Shown here: piece after piece, positions 9,654 to 19,525 of the stretch
Layout of the letters: the number at the start of each line of letters is the position of its first letter
How positions within the stretch are numbered: the stretch's first letter is position 1
Assembly (NCBI GenBank): GCA_965231105.1
Contig: OZ246417.1
Span: 704,908-768,907 of the forward strand
Source of the DNA: an uncultured Candidatus Saccharibacteria bacterium
GTDB taxonomy: Bacteria > Patescibacteriota > Saccharimonadia > Saccharimonadales > JACDBH01
Reading direction: 5' to 3'
DNA: 64,000 nt
Notes under the pieces: model-generated
The model's database searches: none
Seen by the model: the letters and a program-made list of their open reading frames with translations, nothing else
What the model was told of the DNA's origin: nothing
Made by a program: the position numbers and the translations under genes

Positions 9654-10856
9654 ATGCGCATTGGGGTAGACCTTCGATCTCTTGAAGGAGGTGCTCAGCA
9701 TCGCGGCATTGGACGTTATGCGAGTGAGCTATTGAGCGCCCTCAGCAAGATAGATCATACAAATGAATACGTCTTTTTTGTGTCTGGTCCTCGCGTTGAA
9801 ATTCCCACGTTTCAATTGCATGAAAAATTTTCGCATTCGCATGCCAAGGGCAAAGGTGAAGGGTGGCGGAATGTAAAATATGCACGTATCTTTGCCTTAA
9901 AAAGACGGCCTCTTAAAATCGATTCGTATAAGCTCGATGTATTTTTCCATATCGATATTTTCCAGCCAATTATTGCACGCACTACGCCAGTGGTAAGCGT
10001 ACTCTATGATCTCATACCCTTCCTATACAAAGATATGTACCAGCATGTTCATTTGGGGGGCCTCACCCCGGGGCATCTTATTGGATACACAAGAATTAAG
10101 TTGCGCTGGAAAGTGCATGCAAAACAATTAAAGAGCTTCCGTTCAGCAGCTCAAGTCATCAGTATTTCAGAACACAGCAAAAAAGATCTCCTGTCATTTC
10201 TAAGCGGCATAAAACCCGAGAATGTAAAAGCCATACCATTAGCAGCAGGTGAGTTACCGCCGATTCCAAAATCTGCACCAAAGCGTCTTGCCGAACTTAA
10301 AGATAAAGAATGCTTATTTTACGTAGGTGGCGCTGATCCCCGCAAAGGTTTGGTTCCGCTTGCACGTACTATGGAAGGGGTATGGAAACAATTTCCAAAC
10401 ACTAGGCTTGTGCTGGCCGGTAAAGAGGTAACTCAGGCTGATGTGCCGGAGGCAGTAAAGCTCCGTAAGACTGTTCAGGGGTTATCACGCCCAGACCAGG
10501 TTCATCTGCTTGGTTTTATTAGTGACGAGGAACTTGCGTGGCTGTATCAACACGCAACCGCGTTCGTATTTCCTAGTCGATATGAGGGGTTTGGTTTGCC
10601 TATCCTCGAAGCAATGCAGGCAGGCTGCCCGGTAATAACATACGACAACTCCTCCCTACCAGAAGTTGCCGGAAAAGCGGCGCTTGTAGTGCCAGATGGA
10701 GAGTCAATGGAGGCTGCAATCTGTGCAGTATTAAGCAGTCCTGCTGTGCACACGGAGCTTATCAAAAAAGGCCGGCGGCAGGCGGCAAAATTTACCTGGC
10801 AACGCACCGCTAAAGAAACGCTTAAAGTACTGGAGATAGCGGGGAGAAAGTCATGA
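9654..10856 (+). CDS. Glycosyltransferase family 4 (WbdA/B/C-like mannosyltransferase type)
   Basis: [18 protein letters not shown] (E-x7-E). N-terminus MRIGVDLRSL...RGIGRY. ATG 9654 is preceded by AAAGGAG; the longer ORF-track start at 9504 overlaps the previous gene. Confidence 0.85.
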   Translation: MRIGVDLRSLEGGAQHRGIGRYASELLSALSKIDHTNEYVFFVSGPRVEIPTFQLHEKFSHSHAKGKGEGWRNVKYARIFALKRRPLKIDSYKLDVFFHIDIFQPIIARTTPVVSVLYDLIPFLYKDMYQHVHLGGLTPGHLIGYTRIKLRWKVHAKQLKSFRSAAQVISISEHSKKDLLSFLSGIKPENVKAIPLAAGELPPIPKSAPKRLAELKDKECLFYVGGADPRKGLVPLARTMEGVWKQFPNTRLVLAGKEVTQADVPEAVKLRKTVQGLSRPDQVHLLGFISDEELAWLYQHATAFVFPSRYEGFGLPILEAMQAGCPVITYDNSSLPEVAGKAALVVPDGESMEAAICAVLSSPAVHTELIKKGRRQAAKFTWQRTAKETLKVLEIAGRKS

Positions 10857-12055
10857 ACATAGGCGTAGATATTCGACCCTTACAACGTGAAACTCGTTTT
10901 CGGGGTATCGGCAAACACCTGGAGCATTTACTCGCAGCAATGGCAAAACTTCCTAATGAGCACCATTTCATATTTTTTGCAGAAAAGGGCTTACCACTAC
11001 CGAAAGAGTTGCTTGAAACTTTTTCTTCGTCAGAAATTAGATATCTGCCGCCCTACTATCTTTCTCGGATTCGTTTTATACGAGCTTTTGCTCCGCCAAG
11101 TCGAATTATCAAGACAGATCCTTCGGAAATTGATGTTATGTTTGTATCGGATGCAACAGTCGGCATGCCAAAGGGCGCACCTGTCGTAGCGGTCTTTCAT
11201 GATATCATTCCGTTTTTGTTCCGTGACAAGGAAATAATCGAGAAAACCAAGGGCATACGAAAATTGAAGCGCCAGCTTGCATCGTCACTGTACTGGCAAA
11301 AGTACCAGCGTTTTCTAAACAGCTTTTCACAAGCAACACACATTATTGCTATTTCTGAGCAATCAAAAAAAGACCTACACAAATATGTACCGTCCACTTC
11401 ACATATTCCCACGACAGTCATTTATCATGGCGCTCCCGATCTTTTAGCATCTTCAAGCAAAGCAAAGTTGCCAAAGAGTATTAAACCAAACGATACCTTT
11501 TTGCTCTATGTGGGTGGTATTGACTTAAGAAAAAATATTGTCGGGATGGCCAAGGCTTTTGTTGCCATTAAGAAGACTCATCCTAAGCTTAAGTTGGTTG
11601 TGGTTGGTAAAGAATTTGGACTGACTGATCAGCTGCACGATCTTGGGTGGTACAATGCATTAAAAGGAATCGACTATGCGAAGGATGTGATTAACACTGG
11701 CTTTGTCGATGATGCAACACTCGCAGTTTTATACGCTAAGGCCAAGGCTTTTATATTTCCGAGTCAGTATGAAGGATTTGGACTACCCATACTTGAGGCA
11801 ATGCAAGAAGGCTGCCCGGTTGTTACGTACGATAATTCATCCATTCCAGAAGTTGCTGGTGATGCAACGCTTCTTGTGCGTGATCATCCTTCGTTTGTAA
11901 GTGCACTTCGGTCGGCGCTTGATGATCCGAAACTACGCGCCAATCTCATTAAGAAGGGCAAGCAGCAAGCGAAGAAATTTACCTGGGAAAAGAGCGCAAA
12001 ACAAACACTGGCGGTCCTAGAAAAATCAGGAAGTAAAGCCAAAAATGAAACGTAA
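10853..12055 (+). CDS. Glycosyltransferase family 4
   Basis: [19 protein letters not shown]-terminus [10 protein letters not shown]...RGIGKH. ATGA overlap. Confidence 0.85.
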   Translation: MNIGVDIRPLQRETRFRGIGKHLEHLLAAMAKLPNEHHFIFFAEKGLPLPKELLETFSSSEIRYLPPYYLSRIRFIRAFAPPSRIIKTDPSEIDVMFVSDATVGMPKGAPVVAVFHDIIPFLFRDKEIIEKTKGIRKLKRQLASSLYWQKYQRFLNSFSQATHIIAISEQSKKDLHKYVPSTSHIPTTVIYHGAPDLLASSSKAKLPKSIKPNDTFLLYVGGIDLRKNIVGMAKAFVAIKKTHPKLKLVVVGKEFGLTDQLHDLGWYNALKGIDYAKDVINTGFVDDATLAVLYAKAKAFIFPSQYEGFGLPILEAMQEGCPVVTYDNSSIPEVAGDATLLVRDHPSFVSALRSALDDPKLRANLIKKGKQQAKKFTWEKSAKQTLAVLEKSGSKAKNET

Positions 12056-13190
12056 GCTTATTATTGCTTTTGATGCTCGCGCGGTTGCACGAAGCAATAA
12101 GTCTGGTATTGGCTATTACACGTATGGGGCAATACAAGCTCTTAGTGATTTTTATCCTGAAGAGCTCGAATTAGTTGGGCATTACTATAATTTTCTGGGA
12201 AGAAAGTCCGTTCCTAAAGACATGCCACACGGCCAGAATATTCGCTACAAAACAAGCTACCTTCTTCCGGAAAAACTTGTTAATCTTTTGCGACGGTTTA
12301 GCATTGAGTTTCCCTTTGAACTTCTCACTAAGACTCGTGCCGACGTCCATTTCTTCCCTGATTATTTAACACATCATTCGCTATTCCGCACTCCATGCGT
12401 TTGTACTATCCATGATCTAACCTACCTTGATATGCCTGAAACGGTAAGTGCACGTAATCGCCAAGATCTTCGCCGCTTTGTACCTAAAAGTATTCGCAGG
12501 TCACATACACTTGCAACTATATCGGCCGTTGCTGCAGATAGAATTCGAGAGGTCTATAAAACAAAAAAGGACATACGCATAACATATACCCCTCCTTCAC
12601 TGCCATCTGTATCGGCGCAGGCGGCACAAGATATCGTTCGTGAGCTTAATATATCGAATAATTACTTACTGTTTGTGGGTACTATCGAGCCAAGAAAAAA
12701 TATTGTAAATCTCATTAAAGCTTTTGAGCTTCTGCCTGAAACTTTTCGTAAAAAATATCAGCTTGTCTTAGCAGGGGGAAGTGGGTGGAATAATGAAGCA
12801 ATTCTAGAAGCTATTAATAAGGCTCGTTCTGAAGGACTAGAAATTATTACACCCGGCTATGTGAGCGACGAACAAAAGGCAGCTCTTTATCAGTCCGCTA
12901 CCGCATTTGTTTTCCCGTCATACTATGAAGGGTATGGTATCCCACCACTTGAGGCTATGGCGTGCAATACGCCAGTTGTAGTAAGTGATATCCCCGTATT
13001 ACGAGAGGTCTGCGGTGATGCGGCCGAATACTGCAAACCAGAAGCAAAGAGTATAGCTCAGTCTCTACAGATTATTCTGGAAGATAAAAAACGTGCACAT
13101 GAACTTACCGAAAAAGGAAAGACGCAAGTAAAAAAATACTCCTGGGAATCGGTAGCCAGAACTCTTTATACTGCCTTTACCAAAACTTAG
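12045..13190 (+). CDS. Glycosyltransferase family 4
   Basis: [18 protein letters not shown]. Third tandem paralog. Confidence 0.85.
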   Translation: MKRKLIIAFDARAVARSNKSGIGYYTYGAIQALSDFYPEELELVGHYYNFLGRKSVPKDMPHGQNIRYKTSYLLPEKLVNLLRRFSIEFPFELLTKTRADVHFFPDYLTHHSLFRTPCVCTIHDLTYLDMPETVSARNRQDLRRFVPKSIRRSHTLATISAVAADRIREVYKTKKDIRITYTPPSLPSVSAQAAQDIVRELNISNNYLLFVGTIEPRKNIVNLIKAFELLPETFRKKYQLVLAGGSGWNNEAILEAINKARSEGLEIITPGYVSDEQKAALYQSATAFVFPSYYEGYGIPPLEAMACNTPVVVSDIPVLREVCGDAAEYCKPEAKSIAQSLQIILEDKKRAHELTEKGKTQVKKYSWESVARTLYTAFTKT

Positions 13191-14206
13191 ACTTCGTGCT
13201 GCTGACGGACCTTACCATCCAGCTTCGCTTGAAGTTCGGCAATATCTGCATCAACCATGAGTTTTGTGAGATCTTCAAACTTCGTCTTTGGTTCCCAGCC
13301 AAGTTTTGCCTTAGCTTTTGCGGGATCACCGATAAGTAAATCGACTTCAGCGGGGCGTAAGTAACGCTCATCAAATTCTACATAATCTTGCCACTTCAGA
13401 CCGACATGGCTAAATGCAACTTCGAGGAATTCTTTGATAGTGTGGGTTTCGTTCGTGGCAATGACATAATCATCCGGTTCGTCCTGCTGCAGCATAAGCC
13501 ACATTGCTTCCACATATTCTTTTGCATAACCCCAGTCACGCTTTGCATCGAGATTGCCTAAATAAAGCTTGTCTTGAAGGCCTGCCTTAATATGAGCAAC
13601 TGCACGAGTAATTTTACGTGTAACGAAAGTTTCGCCACGACGTGGGCTTTCGTGGTTGAAAAGAATACCGCTACAGGCAAACATGCCATAGCTTTCACGA
13701 TAGTTCTTCGTGATCCAATGGCTATACAACTTAGCGCACGCATAAGGTGAACGCGGATAAAAAGGAGTTTCTTCAGTCTGTGGTACTGCCTGAACCTTTC
13801 CAAACATTTCACTCGAAGATGCTTGATAAAAACGCGTCTTAAGGCCCGACTTACGAATAGCTTCCAGTATACGAATAGTGCCGCTACCCGTGACATCTGC
13901 AGTGTATTCTGGAATATCAAACGATACACGCACATGACTCTGTGCAGCCAGGTTATATACTTCGTCAGGCTTTACATCATCAATAATGCCTTGGATGCAA
14001 CTTGCATCACTAAGGTCACCATAAATAAGATGTAGACGGTTACCTTTTTCGTGTGGATCGTGATAGATATGGTCTAAGCGATGTGTATTGAATGTGCTTG
14101 CTCGACGGATAATACCGTATACTTCGTAGCCTTTTTCAAGTAAAAGCTCTGCGAGGTAGCTTCCGTCTTGTCCTGTAATTCCTGTAATCAACGCACGCTT
14201 TGCCAC
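13187..14206 (-). CDS. gmd: GDP-mannose 4,6-dehydratase
   Basis: [31 protein letters not shown] (Rossmann GxxGxxG) and catalytic YACAK. Full-length colinear Gmd pattern. GTG start preceded by AAAGGAG. Confidence 0.95.
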   Translation of the reverse strand: MAKRALITGITGQDGSYLAELLLEKGYEVYGIIRRASTFNTHRLDHIYHDPHEKGNRLHLIYGDLSDASCIQGIIDDVKPDEVYNLAAQSHVRVSFDIPEYTADVTGSGTIRILEAIRKSGLKTRFYQASSSEMFGKVQAVPQTEETPFYPRSPYACAKLYSHWITKNYRESYGMFACSGILFNHESPRRGETFVTRKITRAVAHIKAGLQDKLYLGNLDAKRDWGYAKEYVEAMWLMLQQDEPDDYVIATNETHTIKEFLEVAFSHVGLKWQDYVEFDERYLRPAEVDLLIGDPAKAKAKLGWEPKTKFEDLTKLMVDADIAELQAKLDGKVRQQHEV

Positions 14207-14245
14207 TATTCTTCTCCTTTATCAGTCTTCTTATTCTAGCAGATT

Positions 14246-14422
14246 CTAACGTGCTGTTTCTTGCTGAAGCTCAGGCTCTATAACTTTTTCTACTTTTACT
14301 AATTGATTTAAACCGTCTCCAAGATATGGGGAGTGGATTATGGCTACGGCGAGCTGTCTTTCTGCTTCACTTAACTGAGGTTTTGTGTTTGAAGGGCTAG
14401 TCACTTCCGGCCGCAATTCCAT
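14246..14422 (-). CDS. Small hypothetical protein (58 aa)
   Basis: The internal ATG of the 78-aa ORF is preceded by AAAGGAG at 7 nt spacing. Lies directly upstream of gmd on the same strand. No recognisable domain. Confidence 0.4.
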   Translation of the reverse strand: MELRPEVTSPSNTKPQLSEAERQLAVAIIHSPYLGDGLNQLVKVEKVIEPELQQETAR

Positions 14423-14476
14423 GTTAAAACTCCTTTTCTTAACAAACATGGTAACAGATGCAGTATAGTTATTGCT

Positions 14477-15574
14477 ATGCAAAAGATTGTGATTGATGCA
14501 CGCGAATCAGGTACCTCTACCGGACGATACATCGATAAACTCATCGAATACCTGCACCCGCTTAACCCTCCATACGAGATCATTATTCTTACCAAGCCTC
14601 ACCGTGTAGAATTTGTGCGCCAGACCGCTCCTACGTTTCAAGTTCTTGAATCTACATATGAAGAATTTACATTTGAAGAACAGCTTGGTTTCAAAAAACA
14701 ACTAGAGTCACTCAGCCCTGACCTTGTCCACTTTGGTATGGTGCAGCAACCAGTTCTGTATCGGGGAAGTGTAGTAACTACCATGCACGACCTTACTACT
14801 ATTCGTTTCCGTAACCCCAGCAAAAACGCCATTGTCTTTACTGTTAAGCAGCGAGTATACAAATGGGTTAATAAAGCTGCCGCTCGAAAGAGTCGTCGCG
14901 TTATTGCTATATCTGAGTTTGTTAAAAACGATGTGGTTGAACTGACAAAAATTGATCCAAGTAAGGTGGTTGTTACTTACGAGGCTGCTGATCAGATAAA
15001 GGACGTCCCCAGTCCTGTCGGAGACCTTACGGGGAAGCAGTTTATCATGTATGTTGGACGACCCTTACCCCACAAAAACCTCGACAGACTCATTGAGGCA
15101 TTTCAGCTCTTGCAGCAGACCCATCCAGATCTTCATCTCGTACTAGCCGGCAAGAAAGATAGCTTGTATGAAAATTATGAGCGAGACGCCCAAACAAAAG
15201 GCATAAAAAACATTATCTTTACGGATTTTGTTTCAGAGGGGCAGTTGCGGTGGTTGTATGAAAATACCGCTGCGTATGTTGTTCCATCTCTGAGTGAAGG
15301 ATTTGGCTTGCCTGGTCTCGAGGCGATGGCGAATGGCGCCCCTGTTGCTAGCAGCAACTTAACCTGTCTACCAGAGATATATGGAGATGGTGCTGTATAC
15401 TTCGATCCTACCAGTAGTGAAGCTATTGCTACCTCTGTTAAGAGATTGCTTGAAGATGCACCGTACGCAGGGAAGCTGAGACAAGCAGGCAAAGATCAGG
15501 CAGCCCGCTACTCTTGGGATCGCATGGCCCGCCAAACCCTCGACGTCTACACTGCTGTTTTGAATGAAAAATAA
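14477..15574 (+). CDS. Glycosyltransferase family 4
   Basis: PSLSEGFGLPGLEAMANG (E-x7-E). Colinear with the three tandem GT4 paralogs. Confidence 0.85.
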   Translation: MQKIVIDARESGTSTGRYIDKLIEYLHPLNPPYEIIILTKPHRVEFVRQTAPTFQVLESTYEEFTFEEQLGFKKQLESLSPDLVHFGMVQQPVLYRGSVVTTMHDLTTIRFRNPSKNAIVFTVKQRVYKWVNKAAARKSRRVIAISEFVKNDVVELTKIDPSKVVVTYEAADQIKDVPSPVGDLTGKQFIMYVGRPLPHKNLDRLIEAFQLLQQTHPDLHLVLAGKKDSLYENYERDAQTKGIKNIIFTDFVSEGQLRWLYENTAAYVVPSLSEGFGLPGLEAMANGAPVASSNLTCLPEIYGDGAVYFDPTSSEAIATSVKRLLEDAPYAGKLRQAGKDQAARYSWDRMARQTLDVYTAVLNEK

Positions 15575-15851
15575 GACGACCGGGTAGGTGAGTGGTTTTT
15601 ATAAAACTCGTTACAACGCCGTTGCGAGGCTAGAAGAAATTCTAAAAGTTTTTTACTTAAAATGTAGCCAATCAATTAAGTTATAAATTGCCGGGGGACT
15701 TTCGATATAAATATGGGGCGTTTGACTTTTTGTATTTAGGTTATAAATTATAGTTTTTTGTTATCATAAAGTTATCCACAGTTTGAACAAAAAGCGAACA
15801 TTGAGTAGGGGGTTATTTGCATTTTCCTAAAAAAGTTTTAAATATATATTT
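15575..15851. promoter_or_regulatory. 277-bp AT-rich non-coding spacer between convergent genes, with a perfect DnaA box and GTTAT-type repeats
   Basis: TTATCCACA at 15772-15780. GTTATAAATT at 15680-15689 and again at 15740-15749. GTTATCATAAA at 15760-15770. Confidence 0.35.
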
Positions 15852-16331
15852 TTATTCTTCTGTTTCATCGTCCATAGCGTCAGTTTGCGGCTTAAGAACA
15901 ATGTGCCGCTCCCTACCCTCCCCTACCGACTCGGTACTAAGGCCAGCATCTCCTGCTACCTTATGAACCGTGCGTCGATCTGCGGCATTCATAGGAGGTA
16001 ATGGCATTCCTTTTTTACTCTGTTTTACTGCTTTAATCCACTCCCCTGCTCTCTGCTCTAACTGATGTGCGCGCTGTTTCTTATAGTCTGCAATATCCAC
16101 ATTAACGCGTGTATATTCATATCCGTTGTTCTTTAGGGCATTGCTCACGATAAATTGTAACGAACGCATCGTATCCCCTCTTTGACCTATAAGGAAACCG
16201 TTTAAATGGGTAGAGGGTACACTTAACTCGATCATGTCCTCGTCATTTGTTGCATATACGTCCGTATTAAGTCCAAAAAACGATAGAAGATCCTCTAGAT
16301 ACTTCTTTGCATAAAGAATCGCCTCTTCCAT
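15852..16331 (-). CDS. jag: Jag/KhpB-type RNA-binding protein (KH + R3H domains)
   Basis: C-terminal R3H pattern RRTVHKVAGDAGLSTESVGEGRERHIVL. Conserved position downstream of yidC. Confidence 0.85.
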   Translation of the reverse strand: MEEAILYAKKYLEDLLSFFGLNTDVYATNDEDMIELSVPSTHLNGFLIGQRGDTMRSLQFIVSNALKNNGYEYTRVNVDIADYKKQRAHQLEQRAGEWIKAVKQSKKGMPLPPMNAADRRTVHKVAGDAGLSTESVGEGRERHIVLKPQTDAMDDETEE

Positions 16332-17284
16332 TACCGCCTCCTCTTGTTTTTCTTACCTTTCTTATTAGAGGATGGTTTTTTTGGTGTTTGCTTTTTTGCA
16401 TTAGAGACGACTTCACCTTCAATAATAACTTTGGTCTTACTTGAGGAAACGGTACCTTTTTCAAGCTCTTCTTCATCGCTATCAAGCACTCGTTTCTGTT
16501 GGATAATAGCCACTACGCCACTCACCAACCAGTACAGACCAAGGGCTGAGGCAAGGTTAACAGTGAGGAAAAAGATCATGAGCGGAATAAAGAAGCGGGT
16601 GCTACGTCCAACAGCCGCATTCACTTCGGCCTGGTCAGCTCGCTGTCCTTGATTTGCACCCTTAAAAATGTCCCGAAGACTACGCGCGTCTTTATCGTTT
16701 GGCAGTAACTGCTTGCTTTGATAATACTGAGCAACCGCGCTTCCAATAACAATGAGCATTGCTGGCCAATAGATACCCCCCGATGAACTGAGTGCACTGC
16801 GGGTAAGATCTACGACGCCAAAGAGGGTTTGGTCAAATTTACCAATGTCTGCTGCAAGTTCTTTGAGCCAGCTAAAATCCTGCAAAAAAGGGTATGCAAA
16901 CGAAATGATATTGTTTGGGTCTTTTATGATTCTACTGAGACCTGAGTATAAGCCAATAAGAATTGGTAGCTGAAGCAAAATTATACCGATCGAACCGAAA
17001 GGACTTATCCCCCGTTCCTTATAGAGCTCCATAACGAGCATGGATTCTTTTTGGCGATTACCGTTTGCAGCCTTCTTGATCCGTCGTAGTTCTGGCTGTA
17101 ATGCCCGCATAACCTTAGTGTTGTGCAGTTGCTTCTTAACAAGCGGCCACATCAGAAGCCGAACCAGGATAGTAAAAAGAATAATCGCTAGACCAAAGTT
17201 ATGTCCCGGTAGAAGCGCATAGATAAATACAAGTATGTTAAAAATTGGCTGAACTATTAAGGTTGTAAACATGGAAAAGGACAA
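16331..17284 (-). CDS. yidC: Membrane protein insertase YidC (short, monoderm type) with basic C-terminal tail
   Basis: PLVKKQLHNTKVMRALQPELRRIKKA and KERGISPFGS motifs, multiple TM spans, KKGKKNKRRR tail. rnpA-yidC synteny. Confidence 0.9.
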   Translation of the reverse strand: MSFSMFTTLIVQPIFNILVFIYALLPGHNFGLAIILFTILVRLLMWPLVKKQLHNTKVMRALQPELRRIKKAANGNRQKESMLVMELYKERGISPFGSIGIILLQLPILIGLYSGLSRIIKDPNNIISFAYPFLQDFSWLKELAADIGKFDQTLFGVVDLTRSALSSSGGIYWPAMLIVIGSAVAQYYQSKQLLPNDKDARSLRDIFKGANQGQRADQAEVNAAVGRSTRFFIPLMIFFLTVNLASALGLYWLVSGVVAIIQQKRVLDSDEEELEKGTVSSSKTKVIIEGEVVSNAKKQTPKKPSSNKKGKKNKRRR

Positions 17285-17332
17285 AACTCCGTTAGTTGGT
17301 GGTATTACTATACCATATTCGTATCTGTTTAC

Positions 17333-17677
17333 TTAAGTTATTTTGGCTTTTTTCAGCAATTCATCAACTTGCTGTTTGAGTGCGGTGATTGGAATATCCG
17401 CCGTATCCAGTCGGTAAATCGTAAATACCATTTCATACGTAAATGTTTTATGAGCAGGGTGCATACGCACTACTTCATACACGCGGCGTCTGATTCTGTT
17501 TCGCACAACAGCAGACTTATTAACCTTACGGCTTACCACCACGGCAACACGCGTACGCTGTTTTCGCGGATCGGCATAAACATGCAAGCTCCCCAGCTCA
17601 TTGCGAACTGACCTACCCTGTCGGTAAACACGACGGACCGATTGATGTCCGTGAAAGCGAAATGGACGAGCAAGCAT
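17333..17677 (-). CDS. rnpA: Ribonuclease P protein component
   Basis: Basic 114-aa protein with VVVSRKVNKSAVVRNRIRRRV (RNR motif). Lies between rpmH and yidC. Confidence 0.9.
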   Translation of the reverse strand: MLARPFRFHGHQSVRRVYRQGRSVRNELGSLHVYADPRKQRTRVAVVVSRKVNKSAVVRNRIRRRVYEVVRMHPAHKTFTYEMVFTIYRLDTADIPITALKQQVDELLKKAKIT

Positions 17678-17725
17678 AACTTTAGTCTAAAGCCGAATAA
17701 CAAAAGTGAAAAGCAGAAGTGAGCT

Positions 17726-17863
17726 TTAAGCCGTAAGCTTTTTGCGGCCTTTGGCACGACGGCGAGCAACAACAGCTCGTCCCGTACGTGAAGCCATGCG
17801 CTTTAAGAAGCCGTGCTCCTTAGAGCGTTGACGTTTCTTGGGCTGATATGTTCGTTTTGGCAC
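17726..17863 (-). CDS. rpmH: 50S ribosomal protein L34
   Basis: Not in the ORF track (45 aa). The reverse strand reads [47 protein letters not shown]-stop, preceded by AGAAGGA. Confidence 0.9.
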   Translation of the reverse strand: MPKRTYQPKKRQRSKEHGFLKRMASRTGRAVVARRRAKGRKKLTA

Positions 17864-17937
17864 AGTAAATAATCCTTCTATTAGGCTCTAAACTATATAA
17901 ACAGTATTGTCTAGTACCCGTGTTAATTTGACAATGG

Positions 17938-18116
17938 TAACCCACAAATTCTAGCAGCTTTTCCACTGTTTAACCAGCCTTATCCCCAGGTTTTTAAGAG
18001 AAGCTTGTAAATATGTGCAAAACTACAACCTGTTTGTGAGTTTTTCTGGTCATAGTTAAAATTACACCTCAAAACTTGTGGAAAAGTCAGTTAGTTTTGC
18101 TATAGTTAGTGGAAAA
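17938..18116. promoter_or_regulatory. Candidate oriC part 1: DnaA-box cluster in the rpmH-dnaA spacer
   Basis: TTATCCCCA 17980-17988 and TGTGGAAAA 18077-18085 each have one mismatch to TTATCCACA. TAACCCACA 17938-17946, TTTTCCACT 17959-17967 and AGTGGAAAA 18108-18116 have two mismatches. Confidence 0.55.
18098..18106 (+). promoter_or_regulatory. Extended -10 promoter element (TGCTATAGT) upstream of dnaA
   Basis: TG-n-TATAGT lies 21 nt upstream of ATG 18128. The same TGCTATA core recurs at three other operon starts in the window. Confidence 0.35.
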
Positions 18117-18127
18117 GAACGTTTAGG

Positions 18128-19525
18128 ATGAGGGGACAGGTAGACATGCAGGACGATCGGCTTTGGCAGGCAGTCTTAGGCGAAATCGAGTTGAGCGTTT
18201 CGCGCGGCAACTATGTTACCTGGTTTAAAAACACTCGTATCCTTAAATACAAAGATGGTATTTTAACGATTGGTGTGCCGAATGTTTTTGTAAAACAGCA
18301 ACTTGAACGTAAATATAACGACCTCATCACAGAAACCCTTGCCAAAAACCACACCACCCCCGAGCGCATTGATTACAAGATTCATACCGATTTATATGCG
18401 AATCACGCTCGACAGGAAGACGAACCGATTACCCTCGAAACATCCCAGACAGCCTCAACGAGTCCATCCTCTCCTTCCCTTGCCTCAAACAGCCTGAGTC
18501 ATTCCTATCGGCAAGGCCTTAATGAACGGTATACTTTTGAAAATTTTATTGTTGGTTCTGGCAACGAACTAGCTCATGCCGCCTGTCAGGCTATCGCCGC
18601 CAATCCCGGCACAAAATATAATCCGTTATTTATTTATGGGGGTGTCGGCATTGGCAAGACCCATCTTATTCAGGCGGTTGGTAACGCTGTCATTGCCAAG
18701 AATCCAAGCGCGCGCGTCGTTTATATCTCCACCGAACAGTTCGTTCAAGAATTTCTTGATGCAATTCGATATAAGAAGAACACCGACTTCGCCGGCTTCT
18801 ACCGTAGCGCTGACGTGTTGATTATCGATGACATGCAGTTTATTGCTGGCAAGGAGAAAACCCAGGAAGAATTCTTTCACACCTTTAATGCGCTCCATCA
18901 GGCCAACAAACAGATCATCATAAGTAGCGACAAGCCGCCAAAAGATATCCCAACACTAGAAGAACGGCTTCGCAGTCGATTTGCTTGGGGTATGTCAATT
19001 GACATGCAGAACCCCGACTTTGAAACACGTTGTGCTATCGTGCAGTCCAAAGCTGAAGCGACTGGCATTGTCCTCCCCCAGGACGTTGTAGAGTATCTTG
19101 CCAATCATATTCAAACCAACATTCGCGAATTAGAGGGTGCCCTTAACCAACTTATTGCCTTTTGTGAAATGCGCGGTCTTGAGCCCGACGCTGCAATCGT
19201 TTCAAGTCTTCTAAGCGCAAACAAATCGAGACCCAAGCATTTAAGCGCTCGTCAGGTCATTGAGCGTATATCTAAGCACTTCCAAGTGCCCCTTGAAGAT
19301 TTGTTGGGTCCGAAGCGAGACAAAGACATTGTAGTTCCTCGTCAGGTAGCAATGTATATGCTGCGAAGTGAATTACATTTAAGTTTCCCAAAAATCGCTC
19401 GCGAATTAGGACGCAAAGATCATACTACCGCCATTCATTCTGTTGAAAAAATCGAACAGGAACTTACCTTTGACTCCATTATGCGCCAGCACATCACGGA
19501 AATTAAGGAGCGTCTGTATGCGTAA
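18128..19525 (+). CDS. dnaA: Chromosomal replication initiator protein DnaA
   Basis: AAA+ Walker A GGVGIGKTHL, Walker B LIIDDMQF, C-terminal HTH ...DHTTAIHSVEKI. The alternative start ATG 18146 (MQDDRLWQ) follows GAGGGG. Confidence 0.97.
   Translation: MRGQVDMQDDRLWQAVLGEIELSVSRGNYVTWFKNTRILKYKDGILTIGVPNVFVKQQLERKYNDLITETLAKNHTTPERIDYKIHTDLYANHARQEDEPITLETSQTASTSPSSPSLASNSLSHSYRQGLNERYTFENFIVGSGNELAHAACQAIAANPGTKYNPLFIYGGVGIGKTHLIQAVGNAVIAKNPSARVVYISTEQFVQEFLDAIRYKKNTDFAGFYRSADVLIIDDMQFIAGKEKTQEEFFHTFNALHQANKQIIISSDKPPKDIPTLEERLRSRFAWGMSIDMQNPDFETRCAIVQSKAEATGIVLPQDVVEYLANHIQTNIRELEGALNQLIAFCEMRGLEPDAAIVSSLLSANKSRPKHLSARQVIERISKHFQVPLEDLLGPKRDKDIVVPRQVAMYMLRSELHLSFPKIARELGRKDHTTAIHSVEKIEQELTFDSIMRQHITEIKERLYA

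Larger units (their letters stand above)
1..15574. other. Surface-glycan biosynthesis/export locus (ABC-transporter-dependent pathway): Wzm, Wzt, 2 methyltransferases, about 11 glycosyltransferases, gmd
   Basis: Fourteen co-directional plus-strand genes (through 13190), mostly with 1-22 nt stop/start overlaps, then gmd on the minus strand and one more GT4. Individual motifs are listed per gene. Confidence 0.8.

Noticed and set aside
15590-15635. Hairpin ctcgttacaacgccgttgcgag downstream of the GT4 gene as a terminator
   Set aside because: The stem is interrupted, the loop is too small and no T-run follows. This is not convincing as an intrinsic terminator.
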